In this document: in pieces, positions 25,418 through 37,224 of the stretch
Layout of the letters: each line of letters begins with the position of its first letter
How positions within the stretch are numbered: position 1 is the stretch's first letter
Assembly: GCA_029953675.1 (NCBI GenBank)
Contig: JAMWBK010000009.1
Coordinates: 372,001 to 436,000, forward strand
Source: Rhodosorus marinus CCMP1338
Taxonomy: Eukaryota > Plantae > Rhodophyta
Reading direction: 5' to 3'
Length of the DNA: 64,000 nucleotides
Notes under the pieces: model-generated
Databases searched by the model: none
Told to the model about the DNA's origin: nothing
What the model saw: only the letters and a program-made list of their open reading frames with translations
Position numbers and translations under genes: made by a program

Positions 25418-27122
25418 ATGCTCGCCGCCCTACGAACGCAGCGGCTAGGCGCTGCAAGCATGCGTAGCTGGCAAATTAATGAGCGGATAGGAGGCTGTCG
25501 CGGGAAAAAGCGACAACCTATGCAGAAGGATGGTAAACCTTCCCCTGTACGGCACACGAAACTGGGCACAACGAGGCTTTCGGCTAAGGCGGTTTCACTG
25601 ATTGAGCCGAACCCCCCAAAGAAACCGGTAGAGGTCATCGGAGAACTCCCTAAGTTCAAGAAGAATCAGCACACTAAGATCAAGTGGAGAGAGACTCCAG
25701 GCTTCGGGATGGAGTCAAAAATGCCTGAGGGTGAGAGGAAAGTAATGCGTGTTCGTAGGCTTGATATAGCCGCACTTGTCAGGGCCGCACAATGCCGCGT
25801 GATGAACTGGCAAGCGGATTACCCTTTTCGAAAGCAGGGAGTTAGGGCCGAAGGGATTTCAAGGGAAATCCTGAGAGTGCAGTATGCCCATTGCGTATCC
25901 AGATTCGATCGTCGATTTTGCAAGCGATTGCTTCACATTATGGTGCTCGATGCTAACCCCAGGCTTACTCTGTCATCATAGGCCAGACGTTGTTTTCTTG
26001 AACAACGTCTCCACAGCAAGAGATTCTAGCTCACGCCGGGACATGATGAGTGTCTTCCTTGAAAAACTCGTTGACAATGGAATCTACGAGCTCGTGTACA
26101 ACGAGCAGAGTGCCAAGGAACATCCATACGGATATCCTATCAAACTGTTCAGAAGGGACACAATGAATATCAAGAACAGTACTATTGTTGATGTCGATCC
26201 CGAAGAGGCGGTATACCATGTCGCGACTGAAACTGAGCTGAAGACTTCTGTAAGTACGGGAAATTTTAGTTTTACCTCCCTGTGTCTTGTCTTAAGCTCT
26301 TTGAAAAATCGTTTGAGCAGGGTGGTGAGGTAAATATCGGCTTCGTGACGACAAGATGGGAAGACCACATGTACGGGGGCAAACCCTTCCATCGTCACAC
26401 TGAAACTGTGTTCGAGTTGCTCGAGTCTATCTCAATGCCTTGCATTCTTGGGACGCAGAAGTTTCCTGGACGGGTATGCTACCGCATAGGTTTGGAACGT
26501 TCACGCGCTTGGCGCTTTGCGCATTCTGTCAACTTAATATATTCATGTCTTCTCCGCTTGACAGAGTTTTTCGCTTGTGCGAAATATTGCTGATGAGCAA
26601 CGGGGAGAGAATCGGAAACTATCGGATGTCTACGTTAAGGCCGGCATGCCTTTGGAATTACAGTACGTTGTGCTAGAAACGAAAAGGAAATGCTAAGCCC
26701 ATGATTGGCGCCGGTGCGATTTGAACCACGCTAAGGATTTTCTTTTAATTGTTAACATCTGCTTTAGGTATGACTATGACTCGACTGTGAACTCAAACAT
26801 CTACAGCAAGGTAAACAAAGACGGCATCGCGATGTTCAAGGCAAAAAGGAAGCGGATATCTCGGGTGTATATAGGGCCCGGGTCAAAGCCCGAAATCATG
26901 CGACCTTTGGTGAAGAACTATTTCCTAGTGGGAAAGGAGAAGGTGGAGGAGGAAGATGTGTACCCGAGCAAATACTTCGGCGTCGTCGTCGACCTGTTGG
27001 TTCCGGTAGAGGGAATGGCCACGACGTTGCAGCAGAATGAGGAGAAACCTGCTAAGAGTTCAGAATATGTCTGCGCTGTGAGGTTTCCTATTCAGAAGAA
27101 AGGCGTAGAGAATGAGTCCTAG
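25418..27122 (+). CDS. TDP2 paralog lacking the catalytic residues (EEP-fold pseudoenzyme) with a basic presequence-like N-terminus
   Basis: Colinear with the neighbouring TDP2: RVMNWQAD/RVMQWNID, PDVVFLNNVS/PDVIFMQEVS, KLVDNGIYEL/RLVDTGIYAL, LSDVYVKAG/VSDAWAQAG and YPSKYFGV/FPSDHFGL. Three intron positions and phases are shared. Confidence 0.85.
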
Positions 27123-27735
27123 TGACTACTTCAAGGACACCTGAAAAGAGAATTCTTCGCGAGACCCGCAACGGCGACGTTTGCCCGCGGTAATCTACTC
27201 GAGTGTGGATTCAACACCGTTTTTTGTAGAAATACCGCCTTCGTAGGTGGTTTGGAAAATATGCGTAAAGTTTCAATATCAGGCAGGACCAGTAATTCAT
27301 ATACTGTGCGCAAAATTGAAGAAGAGATCGCGCACAAGCCAAGCCCACCGACGCGTCGCATCAATCAACGCCTGCTGACACTGTGCGAAAAAGCAATCAA
27401 TTTCTCAGCGGAATCTTTTTATATTTAAAATTTATTCAGGTATTCAGCCAAAAAGAGTACCTTTTCACTCTTTATGAAGGTATATTGATAGCTTCAGTCA
27501 ATATTTGAACGGATAGGCTGCTGTTCAACAAAATGGTCTTTGTGCAAGTGATGGGACTATATACATATATATGTTTGGGGGTCAGGTTCAGGTGCGGGGT
27601 GAAGCTTAGGGCTCTCGTACCCATGTTCCTCTCTTCTTGACTTTCTTTGAGGATTCCTGCGTTTCGCCTGGCTGTTTTTTTTGGGGCATCTGGTGGCGTC
27701 TTCCCGGTTTGCTTTCAATATTTGTTTCCTTCGCA

Positions 27736-28616
27736 ATGGCGAGCGTGATATGGATGTCGGTTTTTTGTCTCCTCTGCGCCGAGGTGGTATTATGTCTGTT
27801 TTCTATGGTAGGATTGGGTATAGCCAATGTTCCTTTTAGAATTCTTGAGATCTAGTATGCGCCGGTCATCTTGCTGAACCATAGAATTTCTTTCGCTATT
27901 TGACAGCTGCCGCTTCCACATACTGTTTGGAGGTCAATCTCCAAAGTACTTCGCACGTCCGCTGTTGACAGCGCTCTCACCTTCATCGTACGATTCTTGG
28001 TCGTTGGGCTCGCTATCGGTGTTTTTGACAGCGTCCAGGTGAGGTTGAAAGAAGACTCGGGTTGGATTGACGCAAGAGGCTATCTAGACAGCTTCCCTGA
28101 CTTGATGCTTGTGTTTTGCCGAATAGTCTATTCAGGGACTTCAGGAACAGATCTCGGTGACAGACCCGAACGACTTGTACAGCGCTATGTCGTTGAGCTC
28201 TAGGAAGCAAAGAATCTTTCGCGCGGAGAGGGTAAGAGTTACAGAAACCCCCTTATCGTAGCTGCCCAAAAGCATTCATTGGCAAGATTCATGGTCTGGT
28301 CTTCCATGGAGGGAACAGTTATGCTCACTTAGTTCTTTCTCGGCATCGTTTGTGTTTTCTCCTCCAGAACCTGTATCTCGCAGGCTTCTGCTTTGCTCTG
28401 ATATTCATTATTCGGAGACTCTTTCAGCTGGCCGCAAAGAATGCGGACCTCGTCGATGAGATTAAGATTGCATCTCAGGGAACACGGCCGACCACTGCCA
28501 ATCAACAACCTTCTTCCGTTCCAGCTACCTCAGGGACGGAATCTGCTCCGGTAAGAGGCAATCAGGAAACGAACTCTGCTTCAAGCCGAGCAGATGTGTT
28601 TGGCTTGCGCCTTTAA
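27736..28616 (+). CDS. BAP31: B-cell receptor-associated protein 29/31 family ER membrane protein
   Basis: MASVIWMSVFCLLCAEVVLCLFSM|LPLP, three TM segments, and NLYLAGFCFALIFIIRRL followed by a short coiled coil. Confidence 0.85.
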
Positions 28617-28846
28617 ATCCTTTGACAATATATGGAACTCATCAAGCTCTGATAAGCAGTTTTCCTAAAATTTGATTATCTAACTATGATCTATCGCCCT
28701 CGTCTTCTGCCCTGATCAAAGCAGACTAACACGACAGACCAAGAGTTAACCGAAGTAACACCAATTGAGAACGAAACAGAAGCATCTTCTGGTCACGAAG
28801 ACGGAGTTCCGAGGCAGAGAAGGGGTTTCACTCAAGGGTCTGATAG

Positions 28847-31466
28847 CTAGACTACCGACGTGCAACTCACTGACGACCGCAACATGGTTTGGTCAGCGGA
28901 CTTTAACAAGTCGAGTTTTTGAGAAGTCCGCAGTAGCGCAGTACAGCATAGTATGCTGTTGAAAACCCACATAGAATGGGGTACGTTGTAAAATTCCGAT
29001 CTATAAAACTCTCGAGCGCAGGGAAAACGCGTTCTGATGTAATGCTCAACCGAGAAAGCGTTCATAGTTGCCGACGCTCTTTCCCTGCGAAAAAAAACGA
29101 TTGTTTAGGGGACCACCTTTCTGGTAGGGGAAGGTCGCGGAGTCGCGGTCAAAGCTCGGCTTTCGAGATTTGCGAAGCGAGCAGCCTACCTGTGCGCATA
29201 GGTTAATTACTAAAAGGCGGTTTGTATCGACAATCTTCACATCACGTCCATGCGACCTGTAGATCTCAAGGGCGGACCTGTAGTACTCCTCCGCTTCCAA
29301 TCTTCTCCCTGCTTTATCGCAGACGATCCCGAGCATTTTGAGCACATCTGAGAATGTTTCTTCCCTCCACTTCTCGCCTTCGGGTAGCAGATTCTTTGCG
29401 CTGGACTTCATATGCCATACGCTCATGGCCTGACGAAGATTGGATTCCGCCTCGTCGTACTGGTCCATCTTCACCAACATGTTAGCAATTTCCAAGAGGA
29501 ACTCGATTGTAAACGGGGTAACCCTACGCGCGCCAAATTATGAACAGTAATGGCAAAATCATTAGCCTTCAACAAGCATGTTCCTTCTCAACTGATGAAG
29601 GCGAGGGACCTAGATTACCAAGCTCCATATCTTCTTCGCGCAAACGTCGCCCGCCTGAGGAGCTCGACGGCCTGCTCCAAGCTATTCTCGCTTTTGAGTT
29701 TGATCGCCTCTTTGTACCAATCCTTCATAAGACTGTTGACAATTTCAATGTTTGAGTCGTGCCGACAGCGGATGATGTCCTCGTCAAACGCGCACGAAAG
29801 TAGTTTGTCCTCCTCCTGCGCCGGAATAGGCTGAGCAGCCTCGGCTAGATCCTTAGTGGCATTCTTCCTCGTCACCATGTTCTTTCCATCCTGACTCCAG
29901 TAGTTCTTTTCGTCATTGCTCTGTTCAAAACATGCAGGACATGAAGTAAGAAATATTACAGTTATCGAACAAGAGGAGAACGAAAACCTCACCATCTGCC
30001 ACTTCAAGTTTCTCAGTAGATTGTCTCTTGCCAGTCGCACATTGATACCCTCATGTCCTTCTCGTCGGTATACTCTTAGGGCCTTCTTATAGTACAATTC
30101 TGCGGTACTCTTCTCTCCAATCCTGTCCATCAGTACTCCGTAATGGAGCAGAATATCAGCAAGTCTGTACGACTTTCCCGCTTCGTATCCTTCTCTCTCA
30201 TATATCGAGATCTAACGCGGAAACCGAAAGAGGTGTTAGAAGCGCCTTAGTTTTTGACAGCTTCGGAGGTGGACTACGTACTGCTGTCCTCAGGTGAATT
30301 TCCGCCAAAGTATTCTGCTCCATCTTCATAAGCGTACGACCCAACTCCGAGTAAATCTCAGGATCCCCTGGACTGAGGTCCAAGGCCTTTCCGTAGGCTC
30401 CCACCGCATCGAAATAGTTGGCCTAGTGGGTAAAGACAGGGAGCAGCGCTCGGTTTCAATTAAGATGCTCATCTATGGACAAGCCAGCGAGGAAGAACCA
30501 GGAGTAACAGGTGTCCCAGACTAACGGGGATGTGTAAGCCGCCTTTCCAGCCCGTGGCTAGCCCCTGAGTGCTTGAAAAGCGCTTTGCGTTTCCGTCTTC
30601 GGATGAAAACTACTCACCTCTTTGAAGAATCTTCTACCGCGAATGATCAAGTCCATGATCTCGTGTTTCTTCTCCCGCACATGTGATCGAGATGCCAGCG
30701 CACGAAAGTTGATGTCGAGGCTGGTTGGTAGCATACTCGAGACCTTATCGAACCATCTGGATTTCTCGTTCGTCGAAGTAAACAACATATCTGGGTTCGA
30801 TACCTGGAGAATTTGGAACACGAGGTGCACGATCTGAGTCGTTCGGTGGGTAGACCGAAGCAGGGGCATTTCGTGGACCTACCATGACGTCGACGTAGTT
30901 TGACCTATGACCGTTGCCAGGATCGATCAACAAATACGCTGGATCTTTTCGTACTTTCCATTTACCGTTGACAAGAAATCGGTAGTAGTGCCTGAGCGGA
31001 ATCAAAGATATCAGTCACGATCGGATTGCTTCCATCGCTTGGTGAGGGCGGTATGGTTGTGTGTGAGCTGATGCTGTGCCCACCTCCCAGGCTCCACTTG
31101 AAACACGATGCCAAGCCGACCAGAAACAGTTGGAACCAGTGGATGCGTCATGTAGCCGTCAAACGAAGCTGAGACCTTGACGTGTTTTGTGTTCGATTTC
31201 CAGACGAACGATATCAGATTTTCGTCATCGATAACTCCTGTCCTAGCGCAGAAAGGTCCCAGATCGACAATGTTGTTAAGCTGAGGCAAGACATCTGCAA
31301 AAGCAGAGAGGTCCTGGCGAACATGTTTTAGCAAAGAATTTCCCCTAGCGACTCCTCTCTGTTGATTATAGTCGAAGTTCTCACTGCTCTGCAAAAACAA
31401 AGACTCCCGGAACTCCGGCTGAACTTCAATCTCCTGAAGCAATTTCTTTATTACTTCACCATCCAT
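28847..31466 (-). CDS. CBM48 (AMPK-beta-type glycogen/starch-binding module) fused to multiple TPR repeats
   Basis: CBM48: ISFVWKSNTKHVKVSASFDGY...EPGR|HYYRFLVNGKW...NYVDV. TPRs: AVGAYGKALDLSPGDPEIYSELGRTL, AELYYKKALRVYRR, ANMLVKMDQYDEAESNLRQAM and LEAEEYYRSALEIY. The 3' end is uncertain. Confidence 0.82.
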
Positions 31467-32912
31467 CGGCACCCGTTTATTTTTACAATAGCAGAACACT
31501 TCAAACTCCCTTCAACAATGGCGTACCCATCTGACCGAGTTAAGAACAGGAAAACCCGCCAGCGCCCCCTACTCTCACTACCACGCCCATTCGCTTTTCA
31601 ACCAAATGCCAGATCCAAATGCCATCACGCCAATCCCCAAAAACACAGCAATAATCTCCTCATCCAATTACAGCTTTCCTTATACCACTTCTTTTGCCTC
31701 AGAAAGATATTTAGGTCTGGTCCTCCTTCTCTCCTTAACTCCTCACTCTCGTCAAACATCAGCTCATCCAAACCGCACCCACTCACCCACACACCCACTC
31801 ACCTCGACAATAGCCCCAACCCTGTCCCTATCCCATTAAGCAATCTGGAACCCTCCAACGGACAATAAACATAGAATAATAATAGAAAATACTCTTACCA
31901 ATCATTTTCAACACTAGCACTAGGTTGCCGTTACATAAAATTGTTCATATAGTAATAAAATAATTCAGTTAAATTCGTTATTGAAGATTTTTTATCGATC
32001 TAATTTATGCGTTTTTCCTAGCTTAGGTAGACAATCTACTAAAGTAATATTGAAAAGAATATTTTAGGGAAGAAAATGATTTAAATAAGTTCATCCTTAT
32101 TTTGTCAACGTGAATTCAGGGTCGATTCCCAGATTTGTATTATTTATTAATGAAGGTATAGTCTCGTAAAATTAAGGAAGACGAAAATAATATGTGTGTA
32201 TTATAGTAATTTATTTCCTTATTTGCTTGATATTGGATTTAAATTATTATTAGACGATTACATATATATCGAATAAAAGAATAATAATAAGGATAGTTTA
32301 TGTTTGTTTTCAATTGATGAGATCGAATTTTGATATCTTGATTTTTGTTTTTGTAAATTACAAAATGTTCATTTCGAGATGGCAATCTGACACTTGATGG
32401 CCTGTGAGTGAAGATGTCAGTTGAGGGGGTTGTGAGACGATGAAGGTAGGAGGGTGGTGGTTCTGTTGGTTGGGCGCCTTCGTAGTCAGTCCGTTTGGAG
32501 AATATAACTGGAATGTAACTATCCTTCGCCGATGCTTTAGTAATGGCACCCACTGAACCTTTTTTTTGCTAGTGTGATGGGGAAGGCAGGGACGGTGAAT
32601 TGGTCGTTGGCCCTGATGGGTTGATGTTCACCATGCAACTACCTCAGGTCGGACCCTTCGAGCCCCTCGTCGGTGAGATTCTGCTGAATTCTAGTAGACT
32701 ACGAATGTACAATTAGCTGTAAAACCCTTCGTAATCTCGTTAAGGGGTCAGCTACTTGTTCCGAGTAGTGAGTCTATTTTTAGTATCGGAAATTTCAGCA
32801 TCTGTAAACTTTACTGGGCACCTGCCTACCAACCTGCAATCAACTCCTTTTCTTCTCCAAGAAGAAAAACGAAAAAGCTTCATAGAAGTAGAGTTTCAGA
32901 CGGAACTATGGA

Positions 32913-33376
32913 TTAACTCGCCACCAGCTCATACATCTCCGCTGAAACCATCACCTGATACCCTCCATCGGGACATGAACCAAAGGCCCGCACCACGGCT
33001 TCCCGTCGTCCAGACCCATCCATGTACTTTTGCCGCTCGGTAGCCGTCCGCTTCTTCACACCATCAGGGAGCTGCTATGAACGCTCCACAGAGGTACAAG
33101 AACACTATGTTCAAGAACGCCTCACCCACAAGCGCGATCTCTAACAGTCCACCTCGGCTCCTCTGTCCACTCCCATAGCCGCTGCAGTCTCCTGGTGTTT
33201 CGATCGCGCGAGTCTGTTCCCGACCATACTAGATTCTCTTTCTAGAATTTTGCAACTCCGTCAGCTTCAAACTACACTTGACCATCCTCACCAGACCCTC
33301 CAAAGCGTTCCCTCTACGTACCCACCCCCTCCCCGTCCTGAAACGTCCTTACCCTCGTTATGGACAGTCTGTCCAT
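32913..33376 (-). CDS. Possible small three-exon hypothetical gene (about 100 aa) not shown in the ORF track
   Basis: Model: MDRLSITRVRTFQDGEGV|ERESSMVGNRL...RGAE|QLPDGVKKRT...YELVAS*. Intron 1 has a GTACGT donor, a CTGAC branch site and a TAG acceptor. The intron 2 donor (GTGGAC) is weak. Confidence 0.3.
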
Positions 33377-33854
33377 TTTCAAGACAAGCTGTCCTAAAAT
33401 CCAAAAAAGAATTGCCATCGACAGACTGTCCAACTGTTTTTCTTCTGTTTTATGGTTTTTTGGCTTTGAGCTGGGAAGTAATTTTTGTTGTAGAGTTGAT
33501 GTTCATATGGAGATGGAATGCAGCAGTTAGAAGGAATGGAAGGAGGAGGGAGGAGGTAGGAGGGGAAGAGAAGGGCGGAGCTTTCAGATAGGGAAAAATT
33601 TACGGTTGATGGTTGGATAGACATGAACTCTCTTTTCTTTGTCAATTTTTGTGTGATCTTGGGGGTTCTGTGGTTTTTGTATTGAGGATCTTGTTTGCGG
33701 GACTTTAGCTGGTTCTGTTGTTGTTTGGGGGCGGGGTGGGCGACGGCGATTGAGCCTTCTTGCGTGAGGTTTGAGGTTTTGGAGGGGTGTTTGGTGTGCC
33801 TGGTGTGCTTTTTGTTTTTGTTTCTTTTGTTGGTCTGGTTTTTTTTTATCGACG

Positions 33855-35357
33855 ATGAAACGTGAAGTTGTAATAATTGATGCAGACGATGAGGCAGAGA
33901 TTCGCAGGAGGAGAAGAAGCAGTCGGAAACGGCCGAGGGCTACAACAGAGATTGCGTAAGGTTTTAGTTCTTCACTCAACGATTTTTCCTCGTTTTTCTT
34001 GGTATCTCAATTTCTTACTGAGTCTGCTTACTTGGTTTCTCCTCTTCGCGGCTGAAATGCCTGTCGTTACAGGAGCCGACTGTTAAGTACAGAGAATAGT
34101 TCTGTGCAAGTAGAGACTGGATCATCTGTGTCGAACAAGTTAGCACGCCTGGAGGTGCAGAGGACAGCAGAGGTTCCCAGCATTGATGATCTGAGTGATG
34201 ATCTTCTTGTTCAGATCTTTCAGCATCTTGGAGGGCTTCTTGAGCTCATGCGAGTGTTGCCCGTGTGCAAGAGATGGCTTAGAGTTGGAGGAGACCCACG
34301 GTTATGGAGCACGCTGTCTTTCTACAATTATGAGCATGTCTCTGACGCAGCGCTGAGGTCTATTTTGGCGAATGGTCAAGCTTTGCGACGGCTGAAATCT
34401 CTTTCCCTAGCGAAGTGTCACCGCATTTCGGAGGAGACTGTGAGGCTGATTCCAAAAAGCCCCTGCGTAAATTCACTGGAGTCGATAGATCTGTCTTGGT
34501 GCTCCGGTGCTAGCTCTCGCTCGGTTCCCATATTCTCCCGATGCCCTGGGCTAAAGGAGGTCAAGTTGTCCTATTGCTGGTATGACGAGCGCGACATGTT
34601 TTTCCTCGGCTTCGGAAAATGTTTACAAAGCAAGCGTCTTTCTTGCCGTTTTGTGCAAACTTTAGGAAAGTTCACGGTCGAGCCCTGAAATGCCTCGCTC
34701 TACGGTGTCCACGGTTGGAGGTCCTTGACATTAACTGCTGTACCAATGTTAGAGACTCGCATATAATTGCGTTCGCTGAACACTGCAGGAATCTACGATA
34801 CCTCAACATTGCAAACGCTAGAAGTGTTAGCGACCGAGCGATTTGCCGCCTCGCGGAGCACTGCAAAAATCTGGAGGTCCTTGACCTCTCCTGGTGTTCG
34901 AAGATAACTGACGTGTCCTTAAACGCCATAGCCGCAAATTTGCCGAAACTGCGTGAGCTGAGGTACGACCGCGTGGAACGCACAGTACGGTTAGACCGAT
35001 TTTACGTATATGCTGACGAACTCACCCCTATGCTTTATGAATACTGATAGATTGAACGAAACGCAAGTAAGCAACCTTGGATTGTGCCAAGTGGTTAAGT
35101 CATGCAAGCAGCTGGAGGAGCTGCACTTAGCACGGTGTCCCATCGGCGTTTTCGCTGCTGCGAGCATTGCCCTCCACTGTCGAACGAACTTGAAGATCCT
35201 CAACCTTGCCTGTTGTGAGGCGATCCCGGATAGGGCGGTCGTGGCAATCCTCTCCTGCTGTATCTCTCTGAGAAGTCTCGACGTTTCCACCCTCCCATGT
35301 AGGAGGATAGGAAACATCGTTGAGAGCTTCTCTGGCCAGACTATTGTATATTATTGA
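33855..35357 (+). CDS. F-box / leucine-rich-repeat protein (FBXL family; AMN1-type Cys-containing LRRs)
   Basis: F-box IDDLSDDLLVQIFQHL...PVCKRW. Repeated LxxLxLxxCxxI(T/S)D units, e.g. LEVLDLSWCSKITDVSL. Basic NLS-like RRRRRSSRKRPR. Confidence 0.92.
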
Positions 35358-35677
35358 GAAAATCCTTAGGATATATTAGTCGGGAAATGGTTGTCGTATT
35401 ACTAATATTGCCTGTCTTTATGGACCCCTCTCGGTATGTAAAAACCAAAACAACTTGTTACGATCTCGTCTGCAGCTTTTCCTGTTTTCATTGCCTGCTA
35501 CAACTGACCTCCATCCAAGTGGAATGAAAGCATGTCAGAAGAAGCCGTCATGGGCGACTAAGTCTATCTCCAGGCCTCGCTGTGAAGAGAGTCCGAGGCA
35601 GCCTCCAAGATCAACCCCGAGAAAACTTTCCTAGATCGAGTTTCCAGCGGAACTCTTGTGCGTTAGCGTTGATGAGT

Positions 35678-36766
35678 TCATCTGTATCCTCCATCAAGTT
35701 TCTCCCACCCAAGCCTCGCACGAATGTCCTCCACTCTCTTCGCGTTCTTCCCAAAATCTCCAATCGGCTGTTGAAAGGGGTAAACGAAGATTATTTCCCT
35801 AGAGCAGGATCGATATGAAATCACACCCTGTTCCAAGAAGACGAAATGCGGCCCACAAGAAAAAATCTGAATGCTTAGTAGAGAAGCCAAAGACGAAGCC
35901 TAGCACATCAGTGGAACAAACTGAGCGCGAACAAGACATAGCATCGGCAAGCAGATGGATCAGACGACGCTGACTAGGCAGTCGTTCCATTTTGGACAGT
36001 AAGCTGTAGTTCCTTAAGAGACGCCGTTAAAGTCATCAACTCAATGACGGCAGACTCGTATTTGGACTTGTGGTAGCTGTGCAGCCGCATAGAAGTCACC
36101 TTCCAGCGAAAGAAACAGAAGCAGAACTATGTAGTGCAACCCAGCAACGGTGACGTGGAGAAAAGGACCAACCTCGTTATCATTGAGTAGGAATTCTAGG
36201 TCGTCGATTCCTCTGGGAAATCCCGGAAACTCCGCGAGAATGTAGTTATTAGTTGTAGTTATGATCGTCGCATCCGGTAGCTCTTCAAGAACCTCAATCA
36301 ACGAGTTCCACGCGGCTTTGGGGTCACCGGTCAGTGGTAAATAAGACCACTGGAAGAAGAAACAGAAAAAAGCAGACAAGCTGACAATTAGCGCAGGGTA
36401 AGACAGCTGATCCGCTTTCGATCGGCGAAAGACTCTTACCGGTGCACCGAATTTGCTCGCATTTCTGATGGAGCTGGTGCTAATACAGTTCTGTTCAGCT
36501 TTACACTCCTCAAGTCGACCATTTTTGATCCCCTATTGAAATGAACAACGAAGAACCCAGAGTGTCTTAGCCTCCAGATTGTCTTCGACCACAAGACTTC
36601 AAGTCGAAAGTATCGGATATCGTACAACAGCACTCGCAGGAGAGCACAACAGCGAAAACCCTGTCGCTGCCGCCGCAATCGCAACAGGAACTCGTTTATG
36701 TACAGAAACACCCGCAGCAGAGCCAGCGCAAGAACAGCTCAAGGATGCGAAGCAGATATCAGACAT
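35678..36766 (-). CDS. DUF1499 family protein, probably plastid/thylakoid-targeted
   Basis: The spliced model reads GIKNGRLEECKAEQNCISTSS...GAP|WSYLPLTGDPKAAW...NYILAEF...IDDLEFLLNDNE|GVISYRSCSR...GDFGKNAKRVEDIR. The N-terminus is bipartite-like and ends in PASA. Confidence 0.85.
35960..36038 (-). ncRNA. Candidate intronic box C/D snoRNA
   Basis: Box C TGATGA (36038-36033) and box D CTGA (35963-35960) span 79 nt in total. They lie on the sense strand of an unusually long 345-nt intron. The terminal stem and C'/D' boxes are not convincing. Confidence 0.35.
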
Positions 36767-37224
36767 GCTTGTGTAAGGATACTCAAGAAGGTACCCGCTC
36801 TCCCCAACAAGAGGCAATGAAACGAATCTACGAATCTTTGTAACCAAGGCAAACCACCGAAAATTCGAAGAGGGTAAGAAAAGTTTGATCACAAATATGA
36901 TCGGATCCTTCGAACATCTTCATCCAATCCACTGCCGCGCCTGCTCAAAAACCGACGGGGTGGTCTGGAAGTCGGGTGGAATAATGAAACCGGATCTTGC
37001 TACTTCCGCGCCATCGTATGGGCATCGGGAATGCTTTCGTCTAGGCACCCGGAACATCAGCTACGACATCAAAGGGATTCCATTTTGTTTCCCAACAGCC
37101 GAGGTTGGAGTCCAGCGCTTCAGGATTCGTATTCCCTTGAGGAGCTGCCCTTGCTTTTTGCTTTTTTGCTTCCTGTCAAAGCGACGGAGGGTCCTTTCTT
37201 AGTCATCGCGAGGGTCTGGTCTCC

